Positions 33,001-35,122 of a stretch of DNA of 35,122 nt are shown piece after piece (the stretch's first letter is position 1; the number at the start of each line of letters is the position of its first letter). Source of the stretch: Octopus bimaculoides (lineage: Eukaryota). A program made the position numbers and the translations under genes. Location of the stretch: the NCBI RefSeq assembly GCF_001194135.2, contig NC_068996.1:20588487-20623608 (forward strand), given 5' to 3'. The notes under the pieces were generated by a model. It did not search any database, was not told the DNA's origin, and was given only the letters and a program-made list of their open reading frames with translations.

Positions 33001-35122
33001 TTGTAGAAACTAGTGATGCTCCGGATTGACAAAAACTAAATACATTCTTATTTTATTTAGCCTTCAACATTGGTAGAAATTTCTTCAGTTTCCAAGAAAA
33101 AGCTCTGTCCAGAATGATAGACTTATAATCTTCTTCACAGTATAACACTTATTTCACTGTTTGAGCTATTTGGAAAATTATATAGCTATTATAATTAGCT
33201 TGCAATAATTGTTAACCAAAACATCTGAATATAGAAATAAGTATTTACATATACAAAATACATATATAGGTACATAAAAACGACTCCAACTACATTCATT
33301 TCTTTGTTTGTAAAAGGGGAATGACCTGCTGAATGCTGTTACCAAATCTCTCCCTAATGTTTTAAAAATAGGGATCTAGATCAAGTTTATATACAGCAGT
33401 CACTTGGTGGACAAATGTTTCCAAATAAAATCCAACCAATATTTTAAGGAAACCTCCAAGAAGTCACATGACTTCCACAATATAGCAGCCAAATAAAAAA
33501 AACAACAACTTAAAATTGAGTCCACACAACCAGCAAGAAAGCTTTACATAATCAGCATTATTAGAACTGGATGGATTAACAATGAAATCTAACTGGACAC
33601 CTAGCTAACTTTAAAATTGGGACCACAACGTCTCATACATTAAAACATAACCCATGATGAAAACAGGTCCGAATTAAGTGACCCAGCCATGTTTGTGTCA
33701 AAAGTCAGCTCTAGGTGGATCTATTCAAAAGCTTTCCAATAACAACACTGCTTTAGTTCCTTTCAACTGAAGGCCACACAAGTTAACCATAAAAATGGTA
33801 CATATTAAGAACTGATAACTGAAGTTAGTGTACATCTAAAATAATTCTGAATAAATAAAGACTAATTGCGCTAGAAATACTGGCAAACAATACAGATGAC
33901 AAAGAGAAAATATTTCTGTTATGCCCTATTACAAATAAATTTACCAAGGATGTGTAGGAATATTAAACTCCCACTTTGGAAAGGTTTCCTACCATTGTCA
34001 CACTGACTTTTTTAAGAAGCCTTGTATGTTTAGCATTACCAAACCTTTATAAAGACATGATGTTCCTTCCAAACCAAAAATTAAGATCCCTAATCAAGTT
34101 TTCACCAAAGGATTGTTTTCATATCCTGAATGGAACACTTTCAAACAATGCACTCCTCTTCATTTCTTTTTTGTACTACAATACACTTGTAATACTACAA
34201 TTCACAAATACTCTAGACCACATTAAAAAAAAGAAAAAAAAACAATAACAAAAGGGCATCTGTCTGATTAATGCAGACTTAATCAACATTACAAGCACTA
34301 ACCTAAAAAAATGACCCCCTACTACATCAACCAGCCAATACCCTTTGAACTCAGTTCAAGGCTGCCCATGTCTCCTAATCTCTACTTCATCCTCTCCTGC
34401 ACTAAAGCTGTTTTCCTTAATCATTTCTTCTCAAAGATTAAAGTTTGTGGAACCATCAACACCACCAGCAACAATCGCAATGAAGTCACCAGTTTTAGAG
34501 AATAAGATTGTGGGGGCACAACACCAACACCTCCATAACAAAACAAACACTACGTTGCTAATCATTTTGCAAACATTATTTCACATAGGGTAGTGTCTTC
34601 TGCTATAGTACCAGGACAACCAATGCCTTGTGAATGGATTTGATAGATGGAAACTGAAAAAAAGCTCATTGTATGTGTATCTGTATATCATCATCATCAT
34701 CGTCGTTTAACGTCCGCTTTCCACGCTAGCATGGATTGGACGATTTGACTGAGGACTGGCAAGCCAGAAGGCTGAACCAGGCTCCAATTTGATCTGGCAG
34801 AGTTTCTACAGCTGGATGCCCTTCCTAATGCCAACCACTTCGAGAGTGTAGTGGGTGCTTTTACATGCCACCGGCACGAACAGATGTATATAAAACTGAC
34901 CTCGCCTGTGATGGTGCTACATAAAAAGCACTTGGTCCACTCGATGGTGTGGTTGGTATTAGGAAGAATATCAAGCTGTAAAAACCATGCCAAAACAGAC
35001 ACAGTGGTCTGGTGTAGTCTTCTACCTGGCCAGCTTCTGTCAAACTGTCCGACCATGCCAGCATGGAAGGTAGATGTTATGCGATGATGATGAAATTATA
35101 TATATATACATATATCATCATC

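Noticed and set aside
32960-33042. Possible minus-strand exon ending at a GTAAGA donor
   Set aside because: Weak acceptor, stops in two frames, no HIRA similarity, and the open frame ends in the wrong phase for the B-domain exon.
33976-34593. Plus-strand ORFs of 64-90 aa
   Set aside because: No recognisable motifs or splice support; within chance expectation, possibly very old repeat remnants.

Overview
AT-rich, microsatellite- and SINE-dense animal genomic DNA with four N gaps. From recall, the repeat families look like an octopus/coleoid cephalopod (inference). There is no prokaryotic content. The window is the 3' two-thirds of one intron-rich gene on the minus strand: HIRA, the H3.3 chaperone subunit. 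I reconstructed 13 GT-AG exons by hand (27767 down to 2200). Their intron phases join into one open frame running from the ASF1-binding B-domain (KQIETRTADGRRRITP) through most of the Hira C-terminal domain. The WD40 exons and the last exon(s) were not found and probably lie outside the window. Introns hold decayed RTE LINEs, Tc1/mariner remnants, hAT-type MITEs, an R4/Dong-like LINE end and several SINE families. The most interesting unexplained signals are: an in-frame pair of candidate cassette exons next to a ~555-bp foldback element; hammerhead-ribozyme-like motifs, one fused to a tRNA-derived Pol III head; and a repeat/inverted-spacer array beside a 39-nt microexon. Most ORF-track entries are spurious.
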